DNA of 64,000 bases from contig CBDFJQ010000002.1 of assembly GCA_965248575.1 (NCBI GenBank), forward strand, positions 1,504,001 to 1,568,000, read 5' to 3'. Positions 55,682 through 64,000 of the stretch are shown here, piece after piece (the stretch's first letter is position 1; every line of letters begins with the position of its first letter). The notes beneath the pieces are model-generated. The model did no database searches, was not told where the DNA came from, and saw only the letters and a program-made list of their open reading frames with translations. The translations under genes were made by a program, and so were the position numbers. The DNA is from Planctomycetota bacterium. Lineage in GTDB: Bacteria; Planctomycetota; B15-G4.

Positions 55682-57163
55682 GTGCGACCCACCACGATCG
55701 GCTGGTTGTTGGGCTTGGGGCTTGGGACCTGTGTTCTGGGATGTCGAGAGCAAGACCCCCAACCGGATGCCCCCGGAACAAACTCCGAGGCGGGAGTCGA
55801 CGACGAATCCGTCGAATCCTTGGTCGGCTCGTCGCCAGCGCCCGCTGGTTGGCCCGCAGGACTCCCGCTACCCACGCTCTCCGGTCGACTGCCCCTGTCC
55901 GTGCCGCTGCCAACTACGGCCAACACACCCGTGCAGGCACGACCGGGCTTCGACCGTTTCTCCTGGCAGTCCTTCATCGCCTTGAATTGGCCGGCCGGCA
56001 CAAAGCGGGGCACGCCCCTCGACCCCGATGACCCCCACGCACTGATGCGGCCCGGCGCGGCCGACTCCACGGTCTGGAGCACCTACAAAGAAGCCTACGA
56101 GCTGTTCTCCCAGGGCAGCGAACGGCCGTCCTCATGGGAGTCGGCAGAAGTCCCAGTGAACCCATGCCCCGCTGCCGACGGCGCCACCCGCTTCATGGCC
56201 ATGCCCACCACTGGTGGCACTCTCCTGGGTGAGGTGAACGAGGCCTTCTCCTTCCCACTCATCGATCAGCAGAACAACTACGCCTGGAGCGAAGTGCGCT
56301 TCAACAAGGCGCAGTACGAGTTCATCCGGGGGGAGGACGGAGACGAGAACCAAGACACCTGGCTCTACCTCGTTCCCAATCTCTTCCAGGCACAACAGGC
56401 GGCAGGCGACAAGGGGCTGCAGATGCCCGCGAGCTCGGCGCCCAGCACCGAGGGAGCCCTGATGATCAAGGCCACCTGGCGCATCCTGCCCAAGGGAGCG
56501 GACACCAGCCGTTACTACACCGTGCGCGCCCAGCTCTATGACGAACTCGACCCCGACAAGCCCGACTGCACGACGGCGACCATGGGCTTGGTGGGCATGC
56601 ACATCGTGCAGAAGCTCGAGAACTTCCCGCAGTGGATCTGGTCCAGCTTCGAGCAAGTGGACAACATCGAGCTGGGGCCCGGCGCACCGGACGGCTTGAC
56701 GCCCAGCTTCTTCGACGGCAAGCCCATGTCGAAGCAGGCCCGAGAGCAGGGCTTCAGCAATCGACCGAAGGACAAGGTGCCTCCGCTCCTGCCCGCGACC
56801 AAGAGGAGCCCGGTCCAGGTGGCACGCGTCAACCCCATCCCCACGACACCTGCGGGCGCCTCCACCGTGGACATGAACCGCATCTATCAAGAGCTCCTGG
56901 ATGGCACGGTCTGGAGTCACTACCAACTGGTCATCACCCAGTGGCCCACCGAAGGCTCGCAGTTCGTCCTCCCGAGTCAGGGGGGCATCTATCCCCAGGA
57001 CGCTGGCGCGGCCTTTCCGGCCAAGGGCTGCACGAATGTGGTCATGGAGACCTACCTCCAGAACGACGACCTCTCCGGCGGTTTCGGGAACAACTGCATG
57101 GAGTGCCATTACCGGGCGGCCAAGTCCGACTTCAGCATGGTCCTGCAGAACCGGGCGCACTGA
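55682..57163 (+). CDS. Lipoprotein with a single C-terminal heme-c motif (uncharacterised cytochrome c family)
   Basis: Signal MRPTTIGWLLGLGLGTCVLGC; FSWQSFIALNWP, IKATWR, GLVGMHI, WIWSSFEQVDN, YQLVITQWP, NCMECH. Confidence 0.75.
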   Translation: MRPTTIGWLLGLGLGTCVLGCREQDPQPDAPGTNSEAGVDDESVESLVGSSPAPAGWPAGLPLPTLSGRLPLSVPLPTTANTPVQARPGFDRFSWQSFIALNWPAGTKRGTPLDPDDPHALMRPGAADSTVWSTYKEAYELFSQGSERPSSWESAEVPVNPCPAADGATRFMAMPTTGGTLLGEVNEAFSFPLIDQQNNYAWSEVRFNKAQYEFIRGEDGDENQDTWLYLVPNLFQAQQAAGDKGLQMPASSAPSTEGALMIKATWRILPKGADTSRYYTVRAQLYDELDPDKPDCTTATMGLVGMHIVQKLENFPQWIWSSFEQVDNIELGPGAPDGLTPSFFDGKPMSKQAREQGFSNRPKDKVPPLLPATKRSPVQVARVNPIPTTPAGASTVDMNRIYQELLDGTVWSHYQLVITQWPTEGSQFVLPSQGGIYPQDAGAAFPAKGCTNVVMETYLQNDDLSGGFGNNCMECHYRAAKSDFSMVLQNRAH

Positions 57164-57186
57164 GTGCCGCCCCAGGAGACGACAGC

Positions 57187-58977
57187 ATGACAGCCAGCAA
57201 TTCGACGGCTTCGGGTTGGTCGACCTATCACGGCGACGTGGCTCGAACGGGCTGCGCGCCGGACGGCAGCTCCAACATCACGGCGGCCAACGTCGCGCAA
57301 CTCAAGGAGCTCCACAGCCTGGAGATCGGCGGCTGCATCCTCTCGGTCCCCGCGGTGGCGAATGGCTTCGTCTACGTCGGGACGGCGAACGGCATGCAAC
57401 GAGAGCAACGCGTCCAGGCCAACGGCGGGACGTTCCAGAAGATCGATCTGGCCACAGGGGAGATCGTGCTCACCTTCGGTTGGGAAACGGAGCGCACGGA
57501 GGGCGACATCCACGGCTTCACGGGCATGGGCTGCACACCGGCGATCGTCGACGGCCTGGTCTACTTCAGCGCCTTCAACGGCAAGCTCTACTGCCTGGAT
57601 GACGCGAGCTTCGAGCTGGTCTGGGTCACGGACCTGCGGTGCGCGGACCCCATCCAGCGCCAGCCCATCACCAACACCGTCGGCGTGGACGACGACCCCC
57701 CCAGCGCACAGGCCGAGGGCTGGTGCTCTCCGCTCGTGGTGAACGGTCGCGTGTTCGTCGGCCTCGGCGAAGGCGAGAACCCGGACCTCTACGCCTTCAT
57801 CTACTGCTTGGACGCCAAAACGGGCGTGGTGGACTGGATCCTCTGCACGAATCAGCTGGATCCCTGTGTGCCGATCAACAAGCCGAACGTCCTGCCCAAA
57901 GCTGTGGTGAAGTGCCCTCTGCCCAGCGGCTTCACGACCTATGACGACCCCGTGCCCGCCAACATGATGGGCTGCTGCGTGTGGACGGCCATCAGCTACG
58001 ACGCCGAACTCAACCGCCTCTACTGTGCGACCGGCAACTTCCCCAACAGCGAAGAAGAGAAGCTCTTTGGCGTCCAGGGCAACGTGCTCCCAGCTCCAGG
58101 TTATGCCTACAGCGTGATGTCCCTGGACGCGGCGACGGGCGAGATCATCAACATCTTCCAGGCCCCTCCGGAAAGCAGCTACCGCTGCTCCGACCTCGAC
58201 GTCGACTTCGGCGCCTCGCCCGTCATCTTCATGCGTGGCGGTCAGAAGCTCGTGGCTGCAGCCTGCAAGAACGGCGGTCTCTTCCTCCTGGATGCCGAGA
58301 CGCTCGAACTCGTGGAGTGGACTCAACTCCTGCCGTTCCGTAACAACGCCAAGAATACGGGCAAGACCGGTGAGCAGATCACGACCGTCGATCCCCATGG
58401 GGACGACGAGGCCAACAACCCGCATCCCGTCGTCAGCAACGAGCAGTCGAACAAGACGCCGGCCGAGAACTTCCACGGCACCTACTCGACCCCGGCCATC
58501 GACCCCAAGTTGGGGCGCATCTTCGTGGGCACCGGCGGGAACAACTACCACTGGGTGGCCTCGGGCATCGACACGCCCACCACGCCCTTCATGCGCGCCT
58601 ACGATTGGACGGAGCTGAAGGACGCCTGGGAGCTCGACGACGGCGACCCCCAGCGCTACGTCAACGCAGGTGCACCCAAGGGGCCCATGTACAAGCAGGC
58701 TGGTGAAGCAGGGCTCTCCTCTCCCGCCGTGGTCAACGACCTCGTGTTCTGCTCCACCTCGAAGATCGCGCTCTATGCCTTCAGCACGGCAGACGGGACC
58801 TGTTTGTGGGAGCAGGCGCTGGGCATGCAATCCGGTGGGTTCAGCGGCGGCTACGGCTACTGCCTGGGCCCTGCCGTGTGCGGTGACTTCGTGGTCGCCG
58901 GCGCCCTCGTGAACGGGCGCGATGGAGGTGTCTTGAAGATCTACGGCTTGGACCAGCCCGCCGGACCGAAAGCCTAA
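57187..58977 (+). CDS. PQQ-binding-like beta-propeller protein
   Basis: AGGAG SD; WSTYHGDVARTG; repeated SVPAV/TPAIV/SPLVV/SPAVV blades; YCLDA...W docking motifs; DLDVDFGASP. Confidence 0.82.
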   Translation: MTASNSTASGWSTYHGDVARTGCAPDGSSNITAANVAQLKELHSLEIGGCILSVPAVANGFVYVGTANGMQREQRVQANGGTFQKIDLATGEIVLTFGWETERTEGDIHGFTGMGCTPAIVDGLVYFSAFNGKLYCLDDASFELVWVTDLRCADPIQRQPITNTVGVDDDPPSAQAEGWCSPLVVNGRVFVGLGEGENPDLYAFIYCLDAKTGVVDWILCTNQLDPCVPINKPNVLPKAVVKCPLPSGFTTYDDPVPANMMGCCVWTAISYDAELNRLYCATGNFPNSEEEKLFGVQGNVLPAPGYAYSVMSLDAATGEIINIFQAPPESSYRCSDLDVDFGASPVIFMRGGQKLVAAACKNGGLFLLDAETLELVEWTQLLPFRNNAKNTGKTGEQITTVDPHGDDEANNPHPVVSNEQSNKTPAENFHGTYSTPAIDPKLGRIFVGTGGNNYHWVASGIDTPTTPFMRAYDWTELKDAWELDDGDPQRYVNAGAPKGPMYKQAGEAGLSSPAVVNDLVFCSTSKIALYAFSTADGTCLWEQALGMQSGGFSGGYGYCLGPAVCGDFVVAGALVNGRDGGVLKIYGLDQPAGPKA

Positions 58978-59014
58978 CTGCAGCTGCGGCCTCGGCCGCC
59001 AAGGAGGAACACCC

Positions 59015-59611
59015 GTGCCCCTGATCGCGCTCGGCCTGCTCATCGGCCTGGACAATTGTCTCGTGGGTGCAGCGCTCGGCCCGCTCCAGCTCGACCCACG
59101 ACGACGTCGAAGGCTCGCACTCTCCTTCGGCCTGTTCGAGATGCTCATGCCGCTCATTGGAGCCGCCGTCGCGGCACGAGGGCTCTCGGCGACAGGCTGG
59201 CAGCTGGAAGGCCTGACCCCCATGGCGCTGGCCGTGTGCGCACTGCTTGCCTTGATCGGGGCCCGCCGGCGTGGGCGCGTGGCCCTGCAGGGTCGCCTGG
59301 CCCTGATCCTCGTTCCCCTCAGCTTGAGCCTCGACAACCTGGCTGCTGGGGCGACGCTGCTCCAGGACGGCGGAGCCCTGCTTTCTTCCGCCTTGATGAT
59401 CGGCGCGCTCTCGGGGCTCCTGAGTCTCCTGGGCCTCTCCCTCGGGGCCCATGCAGCCACATGGCTGGCCGCCCCCAGCAAGCCCGTCGAGAACGAACAG
59501 CACGACACCGGATGGGGCTCCAAGCAAGGAACCCGCCGACGACTCTCCGCTTCGATCTTGAGCGGAACGCTCCTGGCGTTGGCCAGCCTGACTTCCCTGG
59601 CACTTGGTTGA
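59015..59611 (+). CDS. MntP-like manganese efflux membrane protein
   Basis: AAGGAGG SD; two repeats IGLDN and SLSLDNLAAG; FGLFEMLMPLIG. Confidence 0.75.
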   Translation: MPLIALGLLIGLDNCLVGAALGPLQLDPRRRRRLALSFGLFEMLMPLIGAAVAARGLSATGWQLEGLTPMALAVCALLALIGARRRGRVALQGRLALILVPLSLSLDNLAAGATLLQDGGALLSSALMIGALSGLLSLLGLSLGAHAATWLAAPSKPVENEQHDTGWGSKQGTRRRLSASILSGTLLALASLTSLALG

Positions 59612-59621
59612 GGACATCACG

Positions 59622-59894
59622 ATGCCCCCCACGGAACAAAGCGGTGATTCCGGCACGACACCCAAGGTGTCCTTCGCCTCCCACATCGCGCCCTACTTCG
59701 CGCAGTACGCCGATGAAATGCGTTGGCGCATGAACCTCATCGACTACACCGACGTGAAGGACAATGCGGACATGATCTACAGCCGCATCAGCGACAAGAC
59801 GGACAACCGCATGCCGCCGCCGATGTACCCCGCTCTCAATCAGTCGGTCATCGACAACTTCAGGTGGTGGATGGACAACGGGTTCCCTCCGTGA
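59622..59894 (+). CDS. Small conserved-looking protein with a cytochrome-c-like helical pattern but no CxxCH
   Basis: GAGG SD; VSFASHIAPYF...DYTDVKDNADMIYSRI...RMPP...IDNFRWWMDNGFP. Confidence 0.7.
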   Translation: MPPTEQSGDSGTTPKVSFASHIAPYFAQYADEMRWRMNLIDYTDVKDNADMIYSRISDKTDNRMPPPMYPALNQSVIDNFRWWMDNGFPP

Positions 59895-61240
59895 CTCCGG
59901 CTCGCGCACTCCACGTCACCCCGGCGCCTGGCCCGATACCTGGCCCGATACCTGGCCCGATACAGGATCGGGCGCAGCCCCGCGCACCGCGTGTGCGCGA
60001 CCTGCACTTTCCCACGGGGCTCTGTTTCGACGCACAGGGGACGCTCTTCATCACCGAGTCCGGCATCCCCCTGGATGGCGCCCCAGCAGGTGGGCGCGTT
60101 TGGCGCGTCGAACGCAACGGCCAGCGGCGCCTGTTGCGGGACGGTCTGGGTGCCCCCGTCACCGGCGTCCACTGGCACGGCGAAACGCTCTATGTCTCTC
60201 AGGGGGGCCAGCCCGGACGGATCCTGGCCATCGACCCCAACACCGGTTCCCAAAAGGTCTTGGTGGATGATCTGCCCAGCGGCGGCAACTACCACACCAA
60301 CACCCCCTTCATGGCGCCCGATGGCTGGCTCTACTTCGGGCAGGGATCCGCCACCAACAGCGGCATCGTGGGCCCCGACGGACGCGACATGCCCTGGCTC
60401 AGGGAGCATGCCCACAGCCACGACCTGCCCGGTTACGAAATCGTCTTGTCCGGCGAAGACGTCACCACCGACAACCCCGCAGGTGGCCCCCCCGTCACGA
60501 CGGGAGGGTTTGCGCCCTTCGGCCGTTCGCAGCCTGCGGGGAGCCGCATCCCCGCTCAGACACCGTGCACTTCGGGAGTCATGCGCTGCCGCCCCGACGG
60601 CAGCTCGCTCGAAGTGGTGGCCTGGGGCCTGCGCAATCCCTACGGCCTCGGCGCCTTGCCCAACGGGCGGCTGATCGCCGTGGACCTAGGCCTCAATGAC
60701 CGCGGCAGCCGCCCGGTGCGAGCCGCCGAAGCTTGCCTCTTTGAACTGCATCCCGGGCGCTGGTATGGCTGGCCCGACTACGCCGCCGGCGTCCCGGTGA
60801 CGGCACCCGAACTCTGCCCCACCCGCACACCCCTGCGCCAAGACCAGCCGCAACCTCCGCCGCAACCGGCCAGCTTCCTGCTGTCGAATCACGAGGCCCT
60901 GGGTCCTCCGGTAGAACCGCTGTTCCGCTTCCCTCGCCACGCGGCGCCAACTCATGCGCTGCCCGTAAGCAACGACGAACTCTTGGTGTGCCTGTTCGGC
61001 GACAAGCTTCCGTTGACCGGGCCACCCGGTCCGCGCGCCGGACGAGGTCTTGCACGTGTCGACTTGCGCCGGGGCGAAATGCAGATGGAGTCCACGCCTC
61101 CCTTGCATCGTCCCATCGACCTGGCCATTGACCCCACCGACGGCAGCTTGCACGTGCTCGACTTCGGTCGCTACGAACTGCAAGCGCTGCCAAAGCTCGA
61201 AGCCCAGGCGGGCAGCGGTCGGGTTTGGAAGGTAGGCTGA
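59891..61240 (+). CDS. Glucose/sorbosone dehydrogenase-like beta-propeller protein
   Basis: GTGA-coupled start; LHFPTGLCFD, DLPSGGNYHTN, DGWLYFGQGSATNSG, VVAWGLRNPYGL, YGWPD, RPIDL. Confidence 0.8.
   Translation: MTPARALHVTPAPGPIPGPIPGPIQDRAQPRAPRVRDLHFPTGLCFDAQGTLFITESGIPLDGAPAGGRVWRVERNGQRRLLRDGLGAPVTGVHWHGETLYVSQGGQPGRILAIDPNTGSQKVLVDDLPSGGNYHTNTPFMAPDGWLYFGQGSATNSGIVGPDGRDMPWLREHAHSHDLPGYEIVLSGEDVTTDNPAGGPPVTTGGFAPFGRSQPAGSRIPAQTPCTSGVMRCRPDGSSLEVVAWGLRNPYGLGALPNGRLIAVDLGLNDRGSRPVRAAEACLFELHPGRWYGWPDYAAGVPVTAPELCPTRTPLRQDQPQPPPQPASFLLSNHEALGPPVEPLFRFPRHAAPTHALPVSNDELLVCLFGDKLPLTGPPGPRAGRGLARVDLRRGEMQMESTPPLHRPIDLAIDPTDGSLHVLDFGRYELQALPKLEAQAGSGRVWKVG
59927..59962 (+). repeat. In-frame 12-bp tandem repeat x3 (cctggcccgata; PGPI)
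   Basis: Three exact copies directly visible. Confidence 0.9.
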
Positions 61241-61446
61241 GCGAGCATCTTTCTTCCGTGAACCAAGACGCCCCGAGCCGCCTGGCACTCGCCTGAACTC
61301 GGAACCGACGTTCTGTTCGAAAGCCGGCGCCGAAGCCAACCGTCTTTCCCATCGGCGCGTAGGATGCCCGTCGGGAATCCACGCCGAACCGGGCTGCATC
61401 AGTCCGCATGTTCGGCACAGCAGCAATGACTCACGGGAGAGATGTC

Positions 61447-63960
61447 ATGAAGTTCGTCATGAAGACCCTGGTCAAGGTCCAGCTGAGCGCCTGCCTGCTT
61501 CTCAGCTTGTGCAGCCTCGCCACCGGCCAGTGGGTTCAGCAGGAAGCCTGCTATGTGTTTCCACTCAACGCCAACGTCTGGAGCCAGGCTTCCTCCTGGC
61601 CAAACAACATGGTGCCCGCAACAGGCACCGTCGCCCACATCCCCGCGGGCACGACCATGTACCTCGATAGGAGCCCCAATGCCCTCGAAGGTATCGAGGT
61701 GGAAGGCACCCTGATCTTCATCTGCCGTGACCTGAACGTCAGCGCTGACTGGATCCGTGTCACAGGGCGCCTGGAGGCAGGCACCGCCAACAAGCCCTTC
61801 CTGCGCGAGGCGATCATCACGCTCACGGACGACTACCCCGATGATGCGTCGGCCCCTGGCAACAAGATGCTCGTGGTGGAGGGGACCGGCGAGCTCATCC
61901 TGCGAGGCGAACCCCACGGGCCAAGCTGGAAGCGGATCGCCAGCACGGCCGCCAAGAACCAGGACCAGCTCGTGCTCCAATCAGCGCCGGACTGGAACGT
62001 GGGCGATTCGATCGTCATCGCCTCCACCGACTTCGACATGACTCAGGCGGAAGAGCGGGAGATCCTCGCCATCAGTGGGTCCACCCTGACCCTGGATCAG
62101 GACCTGATGTACGAGCATTGGGGCGCGACGGAGGGCCCGGCCCCCGGCGTCGAGGAATATGCGGAGGTCGGATTGCTGACCCGCAACATCGTCGTGCAAG
62201 GCAGCCCCAACATGACGGGGTCGCCTGAGATGGCAGGCCACGTGATCGTCCGGAATGCCACGGGTGCAGGGCCCATCGTACGCCTCAGCTGGGTGGAGTT
62301 CCGCAACCTGGGCAACGAGGGCACCCTGGGTCAGTACCCGGTGCACTTCCACCAACTCGGCACCCAGGTCGACGCCTTCGTGCGCAACTGCAGCATCCAC
62401 CACAGCAGCAACCGCGGCGTCGTGGTGCACGGAACCCAGGGTATCGAGCTCACCAACAACGTGGTCTTCGACACCATCGGCCACGGCTACTACATGGAGG
62501 ACGGCAGCGAGACCGACTGCGTCTGGAAGGGGAACCTCGGCCTCGTCACTCGCGCGGCGACAGTCTGCGTGGACCCGCCCGACTGCACCGACGAAGAACC
62601 CGCCACCTTCTGGGTGCGCAACAACGACAACATCCTGGAAGACAACGCGGCGGGCGGCTCGGATTTCTACGGCTTCTGGCTGGGCGAGGACACCCTCAGC
62701 CCCACGCCGATCACCTCCTTCACCCGCAATGTCGCCCACAGCAATGGGCACAGCGGCTTCTACCAGAACACCCGCCCCATGCCGACGGCGGCCAACCCCG
62801 GCATCTGGCACGACCTCACGACCTACAAGAACAGACGCACGGGCGTCTGGTTCCGCAGCTACGGCATCTGCGAACTGAACAACATCAAATCGGCGGACAA
62901 TGAGTCGGGTTTCTATGTCGCCTCCACGGGAACGCCTGCGGGGCTACCATTGCCGTCCCTGACCACCTTGAAGGATTCCCTCGCCGTGGGAGAGAGCAAC
63001 AACCTCGGCGAGCCCTTGAGCGCGCTGGAGCTGCAGCACGGCCGCAGCCTGCCGCAGACGGCCCCCTGGTTGCCCGGCACTCCGCAGATCGATGCCCTGA
63101 TGGGATACGAGATCTATGACGGCCCCATCGCCGTTGTGGACACGCACTTCGCCAACTTCGAGGACTTCGACTACACCCTCGTGAACCCCGCCTGGCTACG
63201 CAAAGCTGGCGCCTTCCACCAGGTTCAGGCGCTGGTTTCACCCTGGGCCATGGACCCCACGAACTACGTCGAGGGGGTCAGCTTCGAACAACCCGGGACC
63301 CGGCCGCTCTACTTCCGGGATGCCCAGCCAGGCGCCAACGGCATCGCCATGGCATCCCTGCTCGACCTGGACGGCTCACTCTCGGGTACGGCGGGTGCCT
63401 ATGTCTTCGCCAACACGAACTTCCTGGTGCCTGCCAGTGGGTCCACGTTCGACACGGACTGGAACGCGAACATCGTCGTCCCCTCGCAGGGCCAGGTCTA
63501 CGGCCAGCTGGACTTCAAGAACACTGACGTGGTCAATCTGCCGGACGAGTTGGACCTCATCAACGTCAACGACCCGACCAAGGTGTTCCGCATCATGACG
63601 CCTACCGAAGTGACCAGCGAGCACTTCGTGGCCAGCGTGCCCATCGACACCTCGCCCAGCGTGAACGACGTCTACCTGTATGCCGGCCTGTCAGGCGACC
63701 CGGTCCCCCAGACCTTCCGCCTGACCTTGCGCTTCACGGCACCCAACCAGTCGATCCTGGTGGGTGTGCCTTTCGCCGCCGGCGGAACCACCGTGACTCA
63801 CAACGGCACACCCATGGCCATCTCCACCATCAACCAGGTCTTGACGGGCAGCGGCAACGCGTGGGCCTTCTTCAACGGACTCTATGTGTTCCGGCTCACC
63901 ACCGGAGGCACCGGAACCACGGTCTTCGATGGGACCCCCACCGAGTTTGAAGTGCTCTGA
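61447..63960 (+). CDS. Secreted G8-domain / parallel beta-helix protein (CEMIP/TMEM2/fibrocystin-like)
   Basis: Signal peptide; G8 region IEVEGTLIF...GRLEAGT...P; AEVGLLTRNI, GQYPVHFH, SIHHSSNRGVVVHGT, GHGYYMEDGSE. Confidence 0.85.
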   Translation: MKFVMKTLVKVQLSACLLLSLCSLATGQWVQQEACYVFPLNANVWSQASSWPNNMVPATGTVAHIPAGTTMYLDRSPNALEGIEVEGTLIFICRDLNVSADWIRVTGRLEAGTANKPFLREAIITLTDDYPDDASAPGNKMLVVEGTGELILRGEPHGPSWKRIASTAAKNQDQLVLQSAPDWNVGDSIVIASTDFDMTQAEEREILAISGSTLTLDQDLMYEHWGATEGPAPGVEEYAEVGLLTRNIVVQGSPNMTGSPEMAGHVIVRNATGAGPIVRLSWVEFRNLGNEGTLGQYPVHFHQLGTQVDAFVRNCSIHHSSNRGVVVHGTQGIELTNNVVFDTIGHGYYMEDGSETDCVWKGNLGLVTRAATVCVDPPDCTDEEPATFWVRNNDNILEDNAAGGSDFYGFWLGEDTLSPTPITSFTRNVAHSNGHSGFYQNTRPMPTAANPGIWHDLTTYKNRRTGVWFRSYGICELNNIKSADNESGFYVASTGTPAGLPLPSLTTLKDSLAVGESNNLGEPLSALELQHGRSLPQTAPWLPGTPQIDALMGYEIYDGPIAVVDTHFANFEDFDYTLVNPAWLRKAGAFHQVQALVSPWAMDPTNYVEGVSFEQPGTRPLYFRDAQPGANGIAMASLLDLDGSLSGTAGAYVFANTNFLVPASGSTFDTDWNANIVVPSQGQVYGQLDFKNTDVVNLPDELDLINVNDPTKVFRIMTPTEVTSEHFVASVPIDTSPSVNDVYLYAGLSGDPVPQTFRLTLRFTAPNQSILVGVPFAAGGTTVTHNGTPMAISTINQVLTGSGNAWAFFNGLYVFRLTTGGTGTTVFDGTPTEFEVL

Positions 63961-64000
63961 GCAGGCTCGGTTCAGCGGTCTGACGACGACTCAGCGTTCA

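Overview
GC-rich bacterial chromosome segment with no transposase, integrase, phage or CRISPR signal. Gene content is compatible with a Planctomycetota-like organism (inference only). From 0.2 to 17 kb there is a minus-strand housekeeping run. In transcription order it is tRNA-Arg(ACG), tadA, two tRNA-Ser, SRP RNA, dnaX, ybaB, recR, rpoN, truA, hpf, ptsN, HPr, TIGR03936-like, rne/rng, rplU, rpmA, obgE, a PDZ protein, coaX and an MnmE-like GTPase. Next come a KKATR-repeat histone-H1-like gene, a HAD hydrolase, an NSS transporter with a small subunit, the prkA-yeaH-spoVR trio and a ~20 kb surface-glycan region (YfhO, FAD enzyme, methyltransferase, GT2s, Cys4-type GT4s, a coiled-coil protein, LepB and an M3 peptidase) headed by a degenerate ProRS paralog. 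The last third holds a secreted beta-rich protein, a pair of covarying ~105-nt hairpin elements, a LysM-containing sulfatase-like lipoprotein, xth, hisS, TVP38 plus a flavin disulfide reductase, a five-gene heme-c / PQQ-propeller / MntP / small-protein / GSDH operon and a G8-domain protein. The best candidates for something undescribed are the inverted hairpin pair at 48.5-48.9 kb, the 55.7-61.2 kb redox/metal operon and the apparently inactive ProRS paralog.
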